A stretch of 64,000 nt of DNA from a virus (IMGVR_UViG_3300020156_000001:32001-96000); one strand, 5' to 3'; positions 46,933 through 57,082 are shown, numbered from the stretch's first letter. Made by a program: numbers and translations. The notes: generated by a model from the sequence alone, not told the origin.

Positions 46933-48035
46933 CCCGCGACCAAATGCCTCCGCTTGCGAACAAATCCCCTGTTAATATCACCGCGTTGATGATCACGAAC
47001 CCATGCCCACTTATAAAAGTCGCGAGGTTCAAGTTGATCCACAGGCTTACCCAGCGCGAGTAGTTCATCCATTGTTAGCAAGCGAACTTTGCGCCAATGG
47101 CCATCAACGTCATGCCGTCGCTTTCCAATATCCGTCTTTGCCAGTCCCGAACGAACCCACTTGTAAGGGTTTGTTGGTTTGCGATTTGGAATGCGGATCT
47201 TGACTTCATCAAATCCCAGGAACGGTCTGGACTTGCCGTTGATAATGCGCCGACCCTTTTGTGGCTGGCGCTCATATCGTTCAACTGGTGGAAAGTAGTA
47301 GAGCAGAAGGATTGCCAACACATGGCGAATTGTACCCGCGAGTTCTTGCAGATATTGGTCTGCAAATTTTGCAAAGCCCTGTGGAACCTTATCCGGTCCA
47401 ATACTGGCAATATCAAACTCAATGTGCTCGCTTAGCAAACGCCAAGGATGTTGTTCCTGCTCCATGAGATCCTTTGGAGACTGATTGACCATTAGGCCAA
47501 TGTCTTCAAAGATCTTATCAAGATCAGAGCCGGCTTGGTATTGCATTCCAAGGGCAAAATATGTGCGTTGACGGAAGCTTAGACCTAATGGGTTTCCCAT
47601 CGACCGTAGCTCATTGCGATCGCGTGAAAAGAAGAACTTGACCAGCGAGCCCGACATAACATTGCCGCGGTCGCGGATCTCTTCATCAATCAGTGAGATC
47701 GAAAACGCTGTTTCGCTGATCTTTTCCAGCAAAAATGCTGTAGTGCCCTTGGGTGTTTCCGGGAGAAACGCATCGCGTCGGAATTCAATCCAAAGCTTGT
47801 TTGTGGGCAGTCGGAAATATTGAAGCGAATCCAACACTCGCTCAGGATTCAAGTGCAGGGAAAGCTCATACGCGAGTGTGGCTGCTTGGTCATCAAGTGT
47901 GATAACTTTGCTGCTGTAGACTTTGCGAGCAGTATCAGCGAGAAGTTCTCGATTGATACGATCAAAGTCCTTGGCAATGGCGTCGGGTTCACCCCAGTTC
48001 TTCTTGTAAAGGATGCGGTCAGCCAGCAAACTCAT
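46929..48035 (-). CDS. Conserved phage hypothetical protein with basic C-terminus
   Basis: RRHDVDGHWR...WVRDHQRGD motif; 368 aa. Confidence 0.7.
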   Translation of the reverse strand: MSLLADRILYKKNWGEPDAIAKDFDRINRELLADTARKVYSSKVITLDDQAATLAYELSLHLNPERVLDSLQYFRLPTNKLWIEFRRDAFLPETPKGTTAFLLEKISETAFSISLIDEEIRDRGNVMSGSLVKFFFSRDRNELRSMGNPLGLSFRQRTYFALGMQYQAGSDLDKIFEDIGLMVNQSPKDLMEQEQHPWRLLSEHIEFDIASIGPDKVPQGFAKFADQYLQELAGTIRHVLAILLLYYFPPVERYERQPQKGRRIINGKSRPFLGFDEVKIRIPNRKPTNPYKWVRSGLAKTDIGKRRHDVDGHWRKVRLLTMDELLALGKPVDQLEPRDFYKWAWVRDHQRGDINRGFVRKRRHLVAG

Positions 48036-48080
48036 GTTCGATCTCCGTTTGTGGAGAAACTAACACAGGCAACCAATAAG

Positions 48081-48440
48081 TCAACTCTGCTGCGCCATCC
48101 GTTGGGCTTTTAGGCTACGTTGAAACCGTTTTTCAGCTTCATCCTTTTTGCGACGCCACTGCGCATATAGGGGCATGAACGGGCTATCATCGTTAACTGG
48201 TATGTTAATGTGGAAGTCTTTATCGCCCCAAGTTAGCTTCATTATGAGAAAATGTTCAGCCTTCTCAAGAAAATATTCTCGCTCCCAACCCTCATAAGCT
48301 ATCACTTTGAATGTTTGGTTTTCAAACCAAGAATTCATTAGGTCAATATGAACGCTAGATTTAACGAAAATACTGAGATGTGTATAGACCTCAGAACGTT
48401 CGCCATACGCGGTACTTTGGGGGAGTATTTTGAGAACCAT
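48081..48440 (-). CDS. FKL-motif family small protein
   Basis: YFLEKAEHFLIMKLTWG. Confidence 0.55.
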   Translation of the reverse strand: MVLKILPQSTAYGERSEVYTHLSIFVKSSVHIDLMNSWFENQTFKVIAYEGWEREYFLEKAEHFLIMKLTWGDKDFHINIPVNDDSPFMPLYAQWRRKKDEAEKRFQRSLKAQRMAQQS

Positions 48441-48460
48441 GGGGAAAGCCGATCAGTAGT

Positions 48461-48537
48461 TGGAGAGTGTGGCGGGACTCGAACCCACATATATCTCCTT
48501 TGCAGGGAGGACCGTAACCAGTTCCGGTCACACACTC
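48461..48537 (-). tRNA. tRNA-Cys(GCA)
   Basis: Cloverleaf GAGTGTG..CTGCAAA..TTCGAGT..CACACTC-TCCA. Confidence 0.88.
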
Positions 48538-48582
48538 CAACTACTGATCTTGTCCTTTATTTATGTTAGCGGAAACCATAAG

Positions 48583-48876
48583 TCAAGAAAATTTTCGTTT
48601 ATCCCACGAATCGAGCACCATAATCAGCGTGAGCATTTTGTACTCGATCCGGGCGACTTGTTCGTTGTGGCGTGGATTTTTTGTACGGCCAAGTCTACCC
48701 ATCTCCACAAGCAGCTCGTACAAACGAACGTATTTCCGTGCGCGATCAAGCACTTGCTCAAATGTGAGATGACCCTGGGTGTACCAATCTAGCAGCGCAT
48801 AATAGCCGTGTGGATCTTCCCCGTTTAAACGGGTGCGCATGTATGGGATACGAATCCCGCGACGATCTCGCTTCAT
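48583..48876 (-). CDS. Hypothetical protein
   Basis: 97-aa ORF; AAGGA RBS. Confidence 0.55.
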   Translation of the reverse strand: MKRDRRGIRIPYMRTRLNGEDPHGYYALLDWYTQGHLTFEQVLDRARKYVRLYELLVEMGRLGRTKNPRHNEQVARIEYKMLTLIMVLDSWDKRKFS

Positions 48877-48887
48877 GTGAAAATCCT

Positions 48888-49070
48888 TTACTCGGCATCT
48901 TCGATTTGGAAGTCGATCATGGCCTTTGCATCGTCAATGCTATTGGCGTATCCGTGGCGTGGATCATCTTCGCCGTCATAATCCTTGTGGACCCAATTCC
49001 AATCAAGTCCTAAAAATGGCTTGGGATCATAATAGATGGTGTAATCTTTGTATTCGATCCGTACCGTCAT
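48888..49070 (-). CDS. Small hypothetical protein
   Basis: HKDYDG..DPRHG motif; AGGAGATC RBS. Confidence 0.6.
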   Translation of the reverse strand: MTVRIEYKDYTIYYDPKPFLGLDWNWVHKDYDGEDDPRHGYANSIDDAKAMIDFQIEDAE

Positions 49071-49129
49071 TTTGATCTCCTTTGCTTGTATTCCTAATCT
49101 AACATAGGAACGCAAACTGTCAACCAGAT

Positions 49130-49756
49130 TTAGGCAGAAAGTTCCTGAATTGCCTTCTCGTAGATTTCCTTGAAGTCGTGCGCGTGCAAGGGAACTTCTT
49201 CAGCCAGCTTAAATGCAATCATATCGCGCTTGTCGTTGAAGAAAAGAAACTGTGAGCTTTGATAATATGGCGCGACAATATCATAGCCAGTGGGGAAGAA
49301 TTTCCTATAGGAAGATGGTAGATTTTCTCGGTCTGGAAATTTGTGGGCAAAGTCAACGTACACGGCACGAGTCATCCGCAGAAAATAGCCGACCTCTGAT
49401 AGAGATATGCCCAAGTTGATCAACCCATAAAGGCTACCACTTAAATGGAAAGCTTCATCTGCACCAATCATTTCCTCAAAAACGTGATCAACCATAACAC
49501 GTTGAGGAATGGTTTCATCACTAAACACTGGGGCGATAGGCTGGGGATGAGAATAGTGGAGATCATCTAGCTTAAAAACTTTTGAACGTGCAAGATCCCG
49601 ACAGCCCACTACACTCTTAGTTGCAAGTAGGATCATCCTAGTACGGAGCTTGGATATATCGGTAAAAATACGAATGGATTTATCGTTGGGATTCAAAATC
49701 CAACCACGATCACCCAAATATCCCTTTTGGGGATTGAATATAACTAACTCGTTCAT
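49130..49756 (-). CDS. FKL-motif family protein (long form)
   Basis: LFFNDKRDMIAFKLA. Confidence 0.6.
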   Translation of the reverse strand: MNELVIFNPQKGYLGDRGWILNPNDKSIRIFTDISKLRTRMILLATKSVVGCRDLARSKVFKLDDLHYSHPQPIAPVFSDETIPQRVMVDHVFEEMIGADEAFHLSGSLYGLINLGISLSEVGYFLRMTRAVYVDFAHKFPDRENLPSSYRKFFPTGYDIVAPYYQSSQFLFFNDKRDMIAFKLAEEVPLHAHDFKEIYEKAIQELSA

Positions 49757-49817
49757 GGTTTAGGCTCCATTTTACTGGAGCCTAACACGAAATCCTAAAC
49801 TGTCAAACGCTTTGGTT

Positions 49818-50147
49818 TCAACCAGTGCTGCGAATCCGCTGCATGAGATTGATAACTGGGATAATTGTTCCAGCTACTGAAATAGCATCAACTTGATAAG
49901 CAATGCAAGCGGTCTTTACGTAAGCCTTAAGCTCTGCCGGCGACTTGCGGTCAATCCAATGCTGAGTAACAAGCTTGCGCTTGAGCAACAAACGAGCTGT
50001 TGCCATGGTGTCAACCTTGCGACGACGAACCGAACGCTGACGTTCAATTTCTTCGCGGTCACGTTCTGCCTTGAGAAACTCTTTGCGTGCTTCAATAGCC
50101 GCAAGCTGCTCTGGTGTACGTTCGATACGTTCAATAAGTTCCGACAT
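49818..50147 (-). CDS. Hypothetical protein
   Basis: AAGGAG RBS; TARLLLKR resembles 52979..53206. Confidence 0.6.
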   Translation of the reverse strand: MSELIERIERTPEQLAAIEARKEFLKAERDREEIERQRSVRRRKVDTMATARLLLKRKLVTQHWIDRKSPAELKAYVKTACIAYQVDAISVAGTIIPVINLMQRIRSTG

Positions 50148-50214
50148 TTTTAGCTCCTTGTTTAATCCGATCTTAAAACCTAGGAGCAGTCTAAGTCAAT
50201 TTTAATAATCTATT

Positions 50215-50478
50215 TTAGAACCGAAGTTTGAACAACGTGACATGGGACATTTCTTTGAAGTGGAAATAGCTGCGATACGTTAATGAGGAAAAGCTCCATC
50301 CTTCGCCCATAACTCCAAATAAGTCAGTAGCCCAGTAAATCATTTCCCTTTGAATCGCAGCTTTATCATCCTGGTTAGAACCTTCATTCCAAAGCCACTG
50401 CACACGGATATGATATTCAAAGGGCTCATACCAGCCTTTGGTTTCCCATTCAGGGACTAATCCAATCTCATATTTCAT
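50215..50478 (-). CDS. FKL-motif family small protein
   Basis: FHFKEMSHVTLFKLRF. Confidence 0.7.
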   Translation of the reverse strand: MKYEIGLVPEWETKGWYEPFEYHIRVQWLWNEGSNQDDKAAIQREMIYWATDLFGVMGEGWSFSSLTYRSYFHFKEMSHVTLFKLRF

Positions 50479-50726
50479 AGCGTAAATTTCAGCTTGAACA
50501 ACATGGCTAGTTTATCATCGGAAATGGTCACGATGGCCAAATGGCGATAGCGATGGCAGGTAAAGTTTTGAGAGTTGAGTCCAACTTCACAAGCCCATAT
50601 CTCCATTCGATCCAAATATTCGTCCATTACGTGTTGGTCCAAGTTCCATTCAAAGTTGATAGAAAAACGCCAATATGGTTCACCTGCAACATAATGGTGC
50701 TCACCGGTGAGAGTATAATCGGTCAT
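50475..50726 (-). CDS. FKL-motif family small protein
   Basis: VTISDDKLAMLFKLKF. Confidence 0.7.
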   Translation of the reverse strand: MTDYTLTGEHHYVAGEPYWRFSINFEWNLDQHVMDEYLDRMEIWACEVGLNSQNFTCHRYRHLAIVTISDDKLAMLFKLKFTL

Positions 50727-51013
50727 GAGAGCGCCAGTTTGAACAGCATGAGATCCGTGTGTTGACGAAACCGAATGGTAAGATCATCCACACTGTTGCT
50801 CTTGGGAATTTGCCAATCCACGTTGCTTTCGCCAACGTTGTCGTTAAGCCATGATATTACCATCATCCGGCAGATAATCCAACTGTCAACAACTGCGGTG
50901 ATGGAATCGTAGAAATCACTAGGCTCACGAATTTCCACATCGCATATCTTTACTGAACATGGAAACCCAGGGATATCCGTTGCTGTTTCAATCTCAAGCT
51001 TTAGGATCTTCAT
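50723..51013 (-). CDS. FKL-motif family small protein
   Basis: IRFRQHTDLMLFKLAL. Confidence 0.7.
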   Translation of the reverse strand: MKILKLEIETATDIPGFPCSVKICDVEIREPSDFYDSITAVVDSWIICRMMVISWLNDNVGESNVDWQIPKSNSVDDLTIRFRQHTDLMLFKLALS

Positions 51014-51327
51014 AGCCACCTCAACTTGAATACCATTGCATCTTTGGCTTCGGTAAACAAGACTGTGAGGCAACTGTACTTTTGGATAGTAGTCCAAGTG
51101 CCAGTCTTCTTCACATGAGGACCATATTCGGTAGCCATCCATTGGATAAACTCACTGCTTGCGCGATGGCACATGATGTCAGTTGTTGCCGTTGGTGGTA
51201 CCTCAAAATAGTTCCAATATATTGCAAATGCGTAGTTAAAACGAACATACCGAGGATCACGCTGACCACGCCAGCATCTAATATCAGTGGAAACTTCCTG
51301 AGTCTCATGTATGGGTAAAGAAAACAT
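51010..51327 (-). CDS. FKL-motif family small protein
   Basis: VLFTEAKDAMVFKLRW. Confidence 0.7.
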   Translation of the reverse strand: MFSLPIHETQEVSTDIRCWRGQRDPRYVRFNYAFAIYWNYFEVPPTATTDIMCHRASSEFIQWMATEYGPHVKKTGTWTTIQKYSCLTVLFTEAKDAMVFKLRWL

Positions 51328-51611
51328 TAGGCAAACCTCAACTTGAACTGAAGAGCATCTCCTCGATCCTCAAACATGTATTCGGCCCGTTCCATGAAAT
51401 GAACATGGCCCCATCGAGCGGGTTTGTCCTTTTCGTCAAACTCACTGCCAAAGTTTTCAGTGCACCACTCGTTAGCAGTATCAACGAACTGGGTTACATA
51501 TTTCCAAGCCGCGCTTATATGCTCAAAATCGTTGACGTCCACTGTTACGACCAACACGTAACAGGGTGATCCATCGTGAAAGCTTTTCTCTTGGAACTGT
51601 ATCGTGTGCAT
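51327..51611 (-). CDS. FKL-motif family small protein
   Basis: YMFEDRGDALQFKLRF. Confidence 0.7.
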   Translation of the reverse strand: MHTIQFQEKSFHDGSPCYVLVVTVDVNDFEHISAAWKYVTQFVDTANEWCTENFGSEFDEKDKPARWGHVHFMERAEYMFEDRGDALQFKLRFA

Positions 51612-52387
51612 TAGCCAACGTTTTCGAGAATAAGTTGAAGATGAGTGGGATCCTGCAGTGTGATGTCAAAGTCTTGTTGAATCTGGCGTCGAATAAACGG
51701 CAACACATAATGCTTGTAATCAATGGGGTGCCAGCCTCTGGGAATCAAGCCCAGCAGCTTTTCCAGCGAGATCGGGAAATAGTTTTCCTTGACCTCACGT
51801 TCCCAATTCCGTGTGTACCGATACTTTAGGAGAAAGTGGACCAGTGCCCAGTTCTCATTGATGCTGCCCCACTGGGTTTCAAACTCGCGGAGCTTTTGCT
51901 GGTCATAACTCTTCTTCACGCAAAGCACAGAGATTGGGTCGCTTTTGCGGGTAATGCTTTCTTCTACGACCATATCCCGAATAACAACGTACTTAAACGT
52001 GTTTTTGTCGTAGATGCGCTTCCAAAAGATATCCACATCCTCGGGCGAACCATAGGAGTAAACCTCATGAATTAAGCTGTTGAGGAGAACCGCTTTGTTG
52101 CCGGCAAGTGTTCCAAGGTAAGTGAGAAGAATGTTCCAGTCGGAGAAAAACTCAACGCCTGGATTCTTTTCCCTTGCCAGTTCTAGCATGGGAACGGAAA
52201 TGTCGTACCCTACGTAAATGATTTCGGGGAAGATTGCCCGCATAAACGCGATGGTTGAACCATCAGCGCAGCCAAAGTCCACAATCACTTGTGCGTCGAT
52301 CTTGTCCATGAACACGATCTTATCGATCATGCTTTTACGCATTTCCACGTTGTATGAAGTAATGCTTGGAATATTTGGATCGAGCAT
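51611..52387 (-). CDS. Class I SAM-dependent methyltransferase
   Basis: IVDFGCADG, YVGYDIS, SLIHE motifs. Confidence 0.8.
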   Translation of the reverse strand: MLDPNIPSITSYNVEMRKSMIDKIVFMDKIDAQVIVDFGCADGSTIAFMRAIFPEIIYVGYDISVPMLELAREKNPGVEFFSDWNILLTYLGTLAGNKAVLLNSLIHEVYSYGSPEDVDIFWKRIYDKNTFKYVVIRDMVVEESITRKSDPISVLCVKKSYDQQKLREFETQWGSINENWALVHFLLKYRYTRNWEREVKENYFPISLEKLLGLIPRGWHPIDYKHYVLPFIRRQIQQDFDITLQDPTHLQLILENVG

Positions 52388-52443
52388 ATTGGTCTCCTGT
52401 TTCTTGTACCTAATTTAGCACAGAATAGGAAGACGTCAACCGC

Positions 52444-52710
52444 TTATGCGAACGTTAGCTTGAACAGCATAGCATCTTCGCGCTTTGTAAAATAAACGTA
52501 GTGGTACATTTCATTCCATCGTTGGTAGCGATAACCACGATTCAATTGGAACTGATTAACAAGCCAATCCTTAAACACGATTGAAGTGTGCCACTGATCA
52601 TTTGCTTGTTCAGGATTTTCATAATCCCATATGATGGACAATCCAAAACGAAAATCCAATGATGGTGCATCAGAAGGTTCACCAAGTAGTTCGCGTATCT
52701 CGTACTTCAT
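52444..52710 (-). CDS. FKL-motif family small protein
   Basis: VYFTKREDAMLFKLTF. Confidence 0.7.
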   Translation of the reverse strand: MKYEIRELLGEPSDAPSLDFRFGLSIIWDYENPEQANDQWHTSIVFKDWLVNQFQLNRGYRYQRWNEMYHYVYFTKREDAMLFKLTFA

Positions 52711-52979
52711 GAGAACCTCAACTTGAATTCCATAGCAGCGGGTTTATTTTGGAACCAAAAGCTTGCAAACATACGGCCGGAATATTCGCAATGCCACGCG
52801 CCCATTTGATCCAAACGCTTACCAAACCGCTCAGTGCACCATTCCCTCATCTCTTCATATTTGAGATAATTTTCCGTAGAAAATTCCGGAATACCATCAT
52901 GGGGAAAATAATAGCGAATTAACGTACCAAGCCGGTCCTCAAACTCATATGGAATAGATTCCAGCCGATGACAATCCAT
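52707..52979 (-). CDS. FKL-motif family small protein
   Basis: FWFQNKPAAMEFKLRF. Confidence 0.7.
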   Translation of the reverse strand: MDCHRLESIPYEFEDRLGTLIRYYFPHDGIPEFSTENYLKYEEMREWCTERFGKRLDQMGAWHCEYSGRMFASFWFQNKPAAMEFKLRFS

Positions 52980-53206
52980 TAGGCAAATCTCGCGTAGTCG
53001 ATACGTGCGCGATTGCACCGTTCGATAAGCCGTGTCACTGGTCGATCGCTGTTGATAATAAAGCTAAATTCCTGCGGTGAAAGCTTTCCACGCGCAAGCA
53101 AAAGCTTGGCAGTACCAACGATATCAATGCAGCTGGTTGTTGCATCAAGGCCAACCCTGCGGCAGTCTTCTGTGGTGCGTACTTCCCAGGTGCGGTTGTC
53201 GTTCAC
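52979..53206 (-). CDS. Hypothetical protein
   Basis: GGAGATC RBS with GTG start. Confidence 0.55.
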   Translation of the reverse strand: MNDNRTWEVRTTEDCRRVGLDATTSCIDIVGTAKLLLARGKLSPQEFSFIINSDRPVTRLIERCNRARIDYARFA

Positions 53207-53379
53207 TTATGATCTCCATTAGTTAGTTTTGGAGACATGTCTCGGTAGATTGGAACAACGTACCCGTTTTCAAAACGGACTGCAACCAGCTTTGCCGCTA
53301 CCGGCCGTATGGTTATCTCACCCAATTCCGACATAGAATCTCCTTTGTTATGGAGATCCTAACATAGGAACCAATGTTG

Positions 53380-53742
53380 TCAAGCAAATTTGGTATCAAC
53401 AATCCTGGCAAAGCCGATTGCTAGTTTTAGCAGCATAGCATCATTTAAACTACTAAGCACAACCATATTCCGTTCGTGCTCAACCAAGAACATTCCACTC
53501 AGTCCGTCGGAGCGTTTTACGTCGGGACACCAAGTTCGTTTCATTTCAATCTTCCAAGGAAACCAAGGAGACTTCAATTGGTTTATGCAGAACAAGTGGG
53601 CATCATCACGGCCCTCTTTGATTGATTTGTTAGGATGAGGCAAAAGCTCCATTACGGTCCAATTAGGACGAGTCTTATCCGCATCTACAAAGATCTTGCG
53701 AACTTCAGACCTTGGTAAGGGATAGTTGGGCTGTTCAATCAT
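53380..53742 (-). CDS. FKL-motif family small protein
   Basis: VVLSSLNDAMLLKLAI. Confidence 0.6.
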   Translation of the reverse strand: MIEQPNYPLPRSEVRKIFVDADKTRPNWTVMELLPHPNKSIKEGRDDAHLFCINQLKSPWFPWKIEMKRTWCPDVKRSDGLSGMFLVEHERNMVVLSSLNDAMLLKLAIGFARIVDTKFA

Positions 53743-54019
53743 TAAACAGCTTTGCCTCAAGGTGGCGGCAATGTGGATCAGCACAACGGAAAAACAACGC
53801 GGTGGTTTCGTTTTGCGCGTTGCGGTCGGCCATCACAAACGTGAACTTGCGAATCTCGCCAGTGCGAGTGCTTTCCACGTAAAAGCTTGGTGTACCTTCG
53901 GCACTGGTCTCAAAGCGAAAGTTATCGCCGAGAATGCTCATGCTGCCGATGAACTGGTTGTTTCGGAACTGAAACTGTGAACTGTTGATAGTGGATTCGC
54001 TTGGCGCATTGTTAGACAT
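53735..54019 (-). CDS. Hypothetical protein (paralogue of 23160..23459)
   Basis: FYVESTRTG...KLFND. Confidence 0.65.
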   Translation of the reverse strand: MSNNAPSESTINSSQFQFRNNQFIGSMSILGDNFRFETSAEGTPSFYVESTRTGEIRKFTFVMADRNAQNETTALFFRCADPHCRHLEAKLFND

Positions 54020-54224
54020 TGATCACCTCGGTAATATTGGTCGTTCCATATACGGCAACAACAATGGTATCAAGCTGAGGATACGTAACTTTGCTGTGAA
54101 TGTCACGCGGTTCATTGATCGCACGTAAAAACGCAAAACGCGCATGGAAGCTACTGTTGGCCTCCACACGCATCATTGCATTCCTAGTGGCGTCCGATCT
54201 GTAAAAGACTCGGAACTCCTGCAT
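54012..54224 (-). CDS. Hypothetical protein
   Basis: Coupled ORF. Confidence 0.5.
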   Translation of the reverse strand: MQEFRVFYRSDATRNAMMRVEANSSFHARFAFLRAINEPRDIHSKVTYPQLDTIVVAVYGTTNITEVINV

Positions 54225-54361
54225 TAGAACGCAGCAGTCAACGCGGCTTCCACTGCCTTGTATGCGACGACGAGAACGCCAAGGCCAATGCAGCCAACAG
54301 CCACAAACACTGCGCCCCAGTTGCCGTTAAAAGCCTTACCGTTCTTATCAACTTCAGACAT
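54224..54361 (-). CDS. Small membrane protein
   Basis: AGGAGATCG RBS; one TM. Confidence 0.55.
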   Translation of the reverse strand: MSEVDKNGKAFNGNWGAVFVAVGCIGLGVLVVAYKAVEAALTAAF

Positions 54362-54407
54362 GTTCGATCTCCTTTGCTTGCCTAACAAAACCGAACATAA
54401 CAGGTTT

Positions 54408-55004
54408 TCACTGGATGTCAACACCAGTTTCGGAATAACCATTGGGGTAAGCCTTCTTGTCAAGGCGTTCAAGTTCCTTGCGAATGGATTCCTCAATAAA
54501 CTCATCGAATGTAAGGGCACTGGCTTCAGCAGCATGACGAAGCCTTTCGAGAGCTTCTTCATCAAACTCAAGTACCACTACCACTTTGCGGTCGTGCGGA
54601 AGGCCATCACGAATCGCACGAATCTTTGACATAATGTCGAGAAGGCTTTCCGTCTCATACCAGTTGTCGACTTCAACAGCTAAACAAGCCGGAGGAGCCG
54701 TAGCAACTTTTGGAGTAAGCTGCATCATACGTAGGCGAGAATACGCTGGATGCACCCAACGATAGCCCTCACGCAAATTGTAGTCCCACACTGCAATCTC
54801 ATACGGACGCTTTGTTTGAGCATCGTAGAACATTTGCACCTCACAATAGAGGTTGGCAAAACTGTCGACTAAGATATTGCCGTTATACGTGGGAACATTG
54901 ATCTCAACATTCTGTTTTACGCGGTCAAGCGGCGCAAGTGCCCACAAGTCGTCAAAGGCGGATCTATGAAGATTGACAAAATTATCTTCGTAAAGGGGTT
55001 CCAT
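54408..55004 (-). CDS. Hypothetical protein
   Basis: YRWVHPAY and C-terminal RHH-like 'LTFDEFIEE'. Confidence 0.6.
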   Translation of the reverse strand: MEPLYEDNFVNLHRSAFDDLWALAPLDRVKQNVEINVPTYNGNILVDSFANLYCEVQMFYDAQTKRPYEIAVWDYNLREGYRWVHPAYSRLRMMQLTPKVATAPPACLAVEVDNWYETESLLDIMSKIRAIRDGLPHDRKVVVVLEFDEEALERLRHAAEASALTFDEFIEESIRKELERLDKKAYPNGYSETGVDIQ

Positions 55005-55063
55005 GAAAAAGCTCCTGTTTCCGCTATTATACGGCAACAGGAGCGTCACAATCAAATATTAAC

Positions 55064-55795
55064 TTAGTAGGCCAACAGCTTGATGTGATAATCATCAACC
55101 TTCAGGCGCTTGCCATCAACGGAAATACCAATGTATGGGTACTTGCGATTCCGCAAGTTTACTTCCTTGATCTCGTACCGTATACCCTTATAGATAAGTT
55201 GCTTGCCGATGTATGGGTGAACCGTGATCACTTTATCTTCGCGGCGCTTGATGCGCTTTGCAGCGGCCGACATTTCGTGACCAGCGTTGTCAAAATCTCG
55301 CTCAGGATTGCCGTAAAGTGGTGTGATCCGATCGTTCAGGAACTTGTCACGGAGGATACCATAAAGCTTTTGGAAGAACGCGCCATGACCCGCTTCGGAG
55401 TAACCAACACCAGGAACATATGGAAGACGTTGCAGGGGCTGCCGATGCTTGTGGATAAGTTCGAACTGAAGCACATGGGCAAACTCGTGCAGCACAAGCG
55501 CATCAACCCAATCCTTCCAGTTATTGGTTACAAAGCCGCCAATAGCTGGATTGTGGGCGTAGGACTTGTATTCGGTAACACCTATCACAGGAAACTGTAA
55601 AACCGAACCCATGTTAAGCTTCATGAAAGGTACGCCATTACGACGACCAGCGCGACCCAAACGATCGCAAATCCGAAAGCCGATATTGGGCTGAAGAATG
55701 TTAACGTTGGCATCAAACCGGGCAATTGCAAACGCTTTGAGGTCAATTATCAGCTTGTTTACGTGAGCTGTAACTTCGTTCTTTGTGGGAAGCAT
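55064..55795 (-). CDS. SprT-like HExxH zinc metalloprotease-domain protein
   Basis: LHEFAH...GHGAFF motif. Confidence 0.65.
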   Translation of the reverse strand: MLPTKNEVTAHVNKLIIDLKAFAIARFDANVNILQPNIGFRICDRLGRAGRRNGVPFMKLNMGSVLQFPVIGVTEYKSYAHNPAIGGFVTNNWKDWVDALVLHEFAHVLQFELIHKHRQPLQRLPYVPGVGYSEAGHGAFFQKLYGILRDKFLNDRITPLYGNPERDFDNAGHEMSAAAKRIKRREDKVITVHPYIGKQLIYKGIRYEIKEVNLRNRKYPYIGISVDGKRLKVDDYHIKLLAY

Positions 55796-55856
55796 TTGCG
55801 ATCTCCTATTTGCTAACTTCCTGAATCCTAACATAGGAATAGGAATTGTCAACCGC

Positions 55857-56141
55857 TCAAACTGTAACTTGTGAATCCCATTTCAGTTTGAACAAAATCA
55901 AATTTGCGTGGTTGGTATCACCGGGGAAATGAACATGCCACTCAAATACACCATAACGTTGCACTTCAAACTTTGTGCCCTCATACGTTTCGTAGATCCA
56001 CTCCACAAAATCTCTCATGTAGATGTCATAGCGGGGATTGGATGGGTCAGGTACCCAGTTCCAGTCAATGATCACCGAAGATGCAGAAACTTCCATAAGT
56101 CCGTATTCAAAATACCGCAGAGCTGCAACGTGAGTGGTCAT
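55857..56141 (-). CDS. FKL-motif family small protein
   Basis: HANLILFKLKW. Confidence 0.65.
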   Translation of the reverse strand: MTTHVAALRYFEYGLMEVSASSVIIDWNWVPDPSNPRYDIYMRDFVEWIYETYEGTKFEVQRYGVFEWHVHFPGDTNHANLILFKLKWDSQVTV

Positions 56142-56151
56142 TCAAACCCAG

Positions 56152-56451
56152 TTATTGGAAGGTTAATTTGAACAACATTAACGCTTTAGCGTCGGAAAAG
56201 CTAATTATCGTAACAAAAGCTTTGGTTATGATAACCCTTTCGCCCGCAGTTGTTTCCTTCAAAAACACCGGTTCAATTCGGTGAGAAGTTTTGATCCTGT
56301 TGTTTTGCAGCCAGTTAAAAACTTCTATTGATGGTACAAACACGGGTTTGTTAGCATGGTTTTTAGTTTCCCATTCATCAAGTTGTTGATGCTCGATGGG
56401 AACCAATATTTCAAGCGGTCCAAAAGGTTTTAGATCCAATACATCAATCAT
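56152..56451 (-). CDS. FKL-motif family small protein
   Basis: ISFSDAKALMLFKLTF. Confidence 0.65.
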   Translation of the reverse strand: MIDVLDLKPFGPLEILVPIEHQQLDEWETKNHANKPVFVPSIEVFNWLQNNRIKTSHRIEPVFLKETTAGERVIITKAFVTIISFSDAKALMLFKLTFQ

Positions 56452-56813
56452 AGCATTAGCTTTAGCATTGCAGCGGTGCTCTTTCCACTTTCCATAAACA
56501 GCAAGCTGAAACTACGATTGCGCTTGCCGCTAATGATCCAATCCTTGTGTTCGGTAGCACCAAGCTTTTCGACAAGTTCACGAACCTGCGTTTCAAGGTT
56601 ATTTCGATATTCCGTACGGGTGGTATCCCACGAATAGTGGTACAGGCTGTAATCGATGATAAAGGTAAATCGAAAGACAAAGCGAGAGCCTTCGGTAATT
56701 TCCGACATGCTAAAGCCTGCGGATATGCCCTCGGGAATTCCTTCCATCTTTATTGGGTGAACCACAGGAGAAGCCTTTTGCCGCGGGGGTTTGAAATTCT
56801 CAGGTTTCTTCAC
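56448..56813 (-). CDS. FKL-motif family small protein
   Basis: LLFMESGKSTAAMLKLML. Confidence 0.6.
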   Translation of the reverse strand: MKKPENFKPPRQKASPVVHPIKMEGIPEGISAGFSMSEITEGSRFVFRFTFIIDYSLYHYSWDTTRTEYRNNLETQVRELVEKLGATEHKDWIISGKRNRSFSLLFMESGKSTAAMLKLML

Positions 56814-57082
56814 GTCATGTACCTCAGCTTGAACATGGCCGCATGTTTTTCATCATCAAGCCACACGTTCATTTCGCCTAGTCCCCACTTGTAGGAGCAA
56901 CCATTTCCCTTGGTCAACCCCATACTTTCAAGAAACTCAACAATTGACTCATATAATTGTTTGGCCGCCGCTTTTGCTTCACCAATAGTCCATGAATCGG
57001 TTTCAAAATCCGGGTTAATTGAAAAGAAGTATTGGTTGTGGTCCCGGTAGATCCTAGACATTCTAACTGTATAATTTAGCAT
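56810..57082 (-). CDS. FKL-motif family small protein
   Basis: VWLDDEKHAAMFKLRY. Confidence 0.7.
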   Translation of the reverse strand: MLNYTVRMSRIYRDHNQYFFSINPDFETDSWTIGEAKAAAKQLYESIVEFLESMGLTKGNGCSYKWGLGEMNVWLDDEKHAAMFKLRYMT

